A stretch of 64,000 nucleotides of DNA, taken from Microbotryum violaceum (Eukaryota). The notes beneath the pieces are model-generated. The model searched no databases, was not told the DNA's origin, and saw only the letters and a list, made by a program, of their open reading frames with translations. The stretch covers positions 310,001 to 374,000 of the forward strand of contig CDLV01000018.1 of assembly GCA_001244265.2 (NCBI GenBank). Direction: 5' to 3'. Shown one piece after another: positions 62,476 to 64,000 of this stretch (position 1 is the stretch's first letter; each line of letters opens with the position of its first letter). The position numbers were made by a program, and so were the translations under genes.

Positions 62476-64000
62476 CTACCATCTCATCTCCGAGACCCTT
62501 CTCGCAGTCGTCAATCTCGGTGAAAGTACGACATCTCCCCGCACCATCCTTGAGCCTATTTCATATGGCTTGCGCTTCCCATCCCTCTGAAGACTGCCCG
62601 ATGTGGAAACGTCATTCATCACAGGTCGCGTCGGGGCTCGAATCGGTCGGCTTGGCCGAGATGTTGGTTCAACTGCGGAATTGGAGTTGACTGGCTCGGA
62701 AGATGGAGAGCGAGTGAGTGGGGTCAGACTAGGCGACGAGAGATCGTGCGAGAGATGATTTGTCTTTATGGGGAGGAAGAGCGGAGTTTGATTTGGTGTA
62801 GGAGGGAGAGAGGAACGCGAATGCAAGTAGGTTGGCTGGCAAGCTTGGTGGGGCGGAGGATGGAAGGTCGGTCCGAAAGCTGCTAGGCGAGGATCCGGAA
62901 TCCGCAGTGGACCCGTCGAAAGTGGGCATAAATTGGGTTGTGTCTTCGAATTAGCTAGTCCCTTACCCGGATGGAAAGAGGAAACCCTCGGTGTATTCGC
63001 GATCGGTGCAATCTGAGTCGAAAGCCGAGGGCTACCACGCTCTCCACTGGCTCGTCTCGGAGGTGAACCGTTAAGTTTGACGAGACTTTGTTCGATCTCT
63101 TCCCTCCTCTTCCATTCGGGTAGACACCGTCTTGGAGAGGGAGGATCTTCTGCGAGTGGGGTCTTGGGTACAAATTGAGTGACGGGTCGTCGTCGTGGTG
63201 GACGTTGGGGCGGTTCAATGATTCTTGGAGCGAGCATTGGGGGTGCGGTGAGCCTTCTAGAGAAGCTGTTCCATCTAAAGAGTAGCTTCAGGAGGCTGAA
63301 CCCCTTCGGAGTAAACTTCGAACTCACAGCGATCGAGTGAACAATAATGCCAAAGGAGTGTCATCTTCCTTCTTCTCCTTCTCTCGCCATGTCGAGTTCC
63401 TTGGACTCGGACCTATTGACGCCGGATGAGCGGACATGTAACTCGAAGGCCGCTCTTTAAGAACAACTTGTACGCCTCCGATCCCAATGGGGCCTGGAAG
63501 ACGGTACTGGGGCCGGTAGTACATCTTTGAAAAAGGCGTAATCGATTCAGTGAATTCTCGCGAGGAAGAAGGGGGTCCACCGATTTTGGCGAGCGTTTGG
63601 ATTCGACCACTCATGAAGAGGGGCGGAGATCTCAATCGAGATTCGATCGGTCGATTGAGAACAATGCTGCCGGAGTACAAAAACATTTCGACATGCGAAT
63701 ACATGAAAGAGGGTCGAGTGGCCCATTGTTGGACTCGTTGGGGAGTGCCTGGAAGGGAGGTACTACGCATCGAGCGTCTTTTTGCGATGGTCAGGGGTAC
63801 CTCCTCGATCGTCGATCTGGGAAGGGTATCAACCAGTGGACCTAGGACTTGTTGGAGTGAGATAGGAATTAACCTCGCCTCAGTTAAAGGAATGAGGTCA
63901 TCCTGGTTCCCTGTTGCAGAACCATAGCCCTCCACTTCGATCCGTTCATGCGCAGTCGCCCCTCGTTGAGCTTTCCTTGCGATCCCAACACGACCCAAGA
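62476..64000 (-). CDS. Hypothetical Pro/Ser-rich protein, 5' end outside window
   Basis: Two long ORFs joinable by a GTGAGT...TTTAG intron at ~63327-63276; no recognisable domain. Confidence 0.55.

Overview
Eukaryotic, intron-rich fungal DNA. Short GT-AG introns with CTRAC branch points and the gene content suggest a basidiomycete, probably Pucciniomycotina (inference). About 19 host genes can be modelled by eye: APC11, RPL25, TOM20, a DUF4203-like membrane protein, an unknown coiled-coil protein, an RFX factor, a DUF2985-like protein, FAT1, a SAP30-like protein, UTP6, an HMG-box factor, PEX5, BRO1, RACK1/ASC1 (with intronic U24 snoRNA), RPL12, PPE1, GPM1, FZO1, acyl-CoA oxidase, a G-patch protein and a partial unknown gene. 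Two mobile elements are present: a ~5.7 kb Helitron with a damaged RepHel gene, and a 2.6 kb element with 66-bp terminal inverted repeats carrying convergent RecQ-like helicase and DUF6589-type transposase relics (AcademH-like). The most unusual host-gene pattern is that FAT1, PEX5 and GPM1 each appear to have an ATG split by the first intron. All gene models are manual, and no database searches were run.
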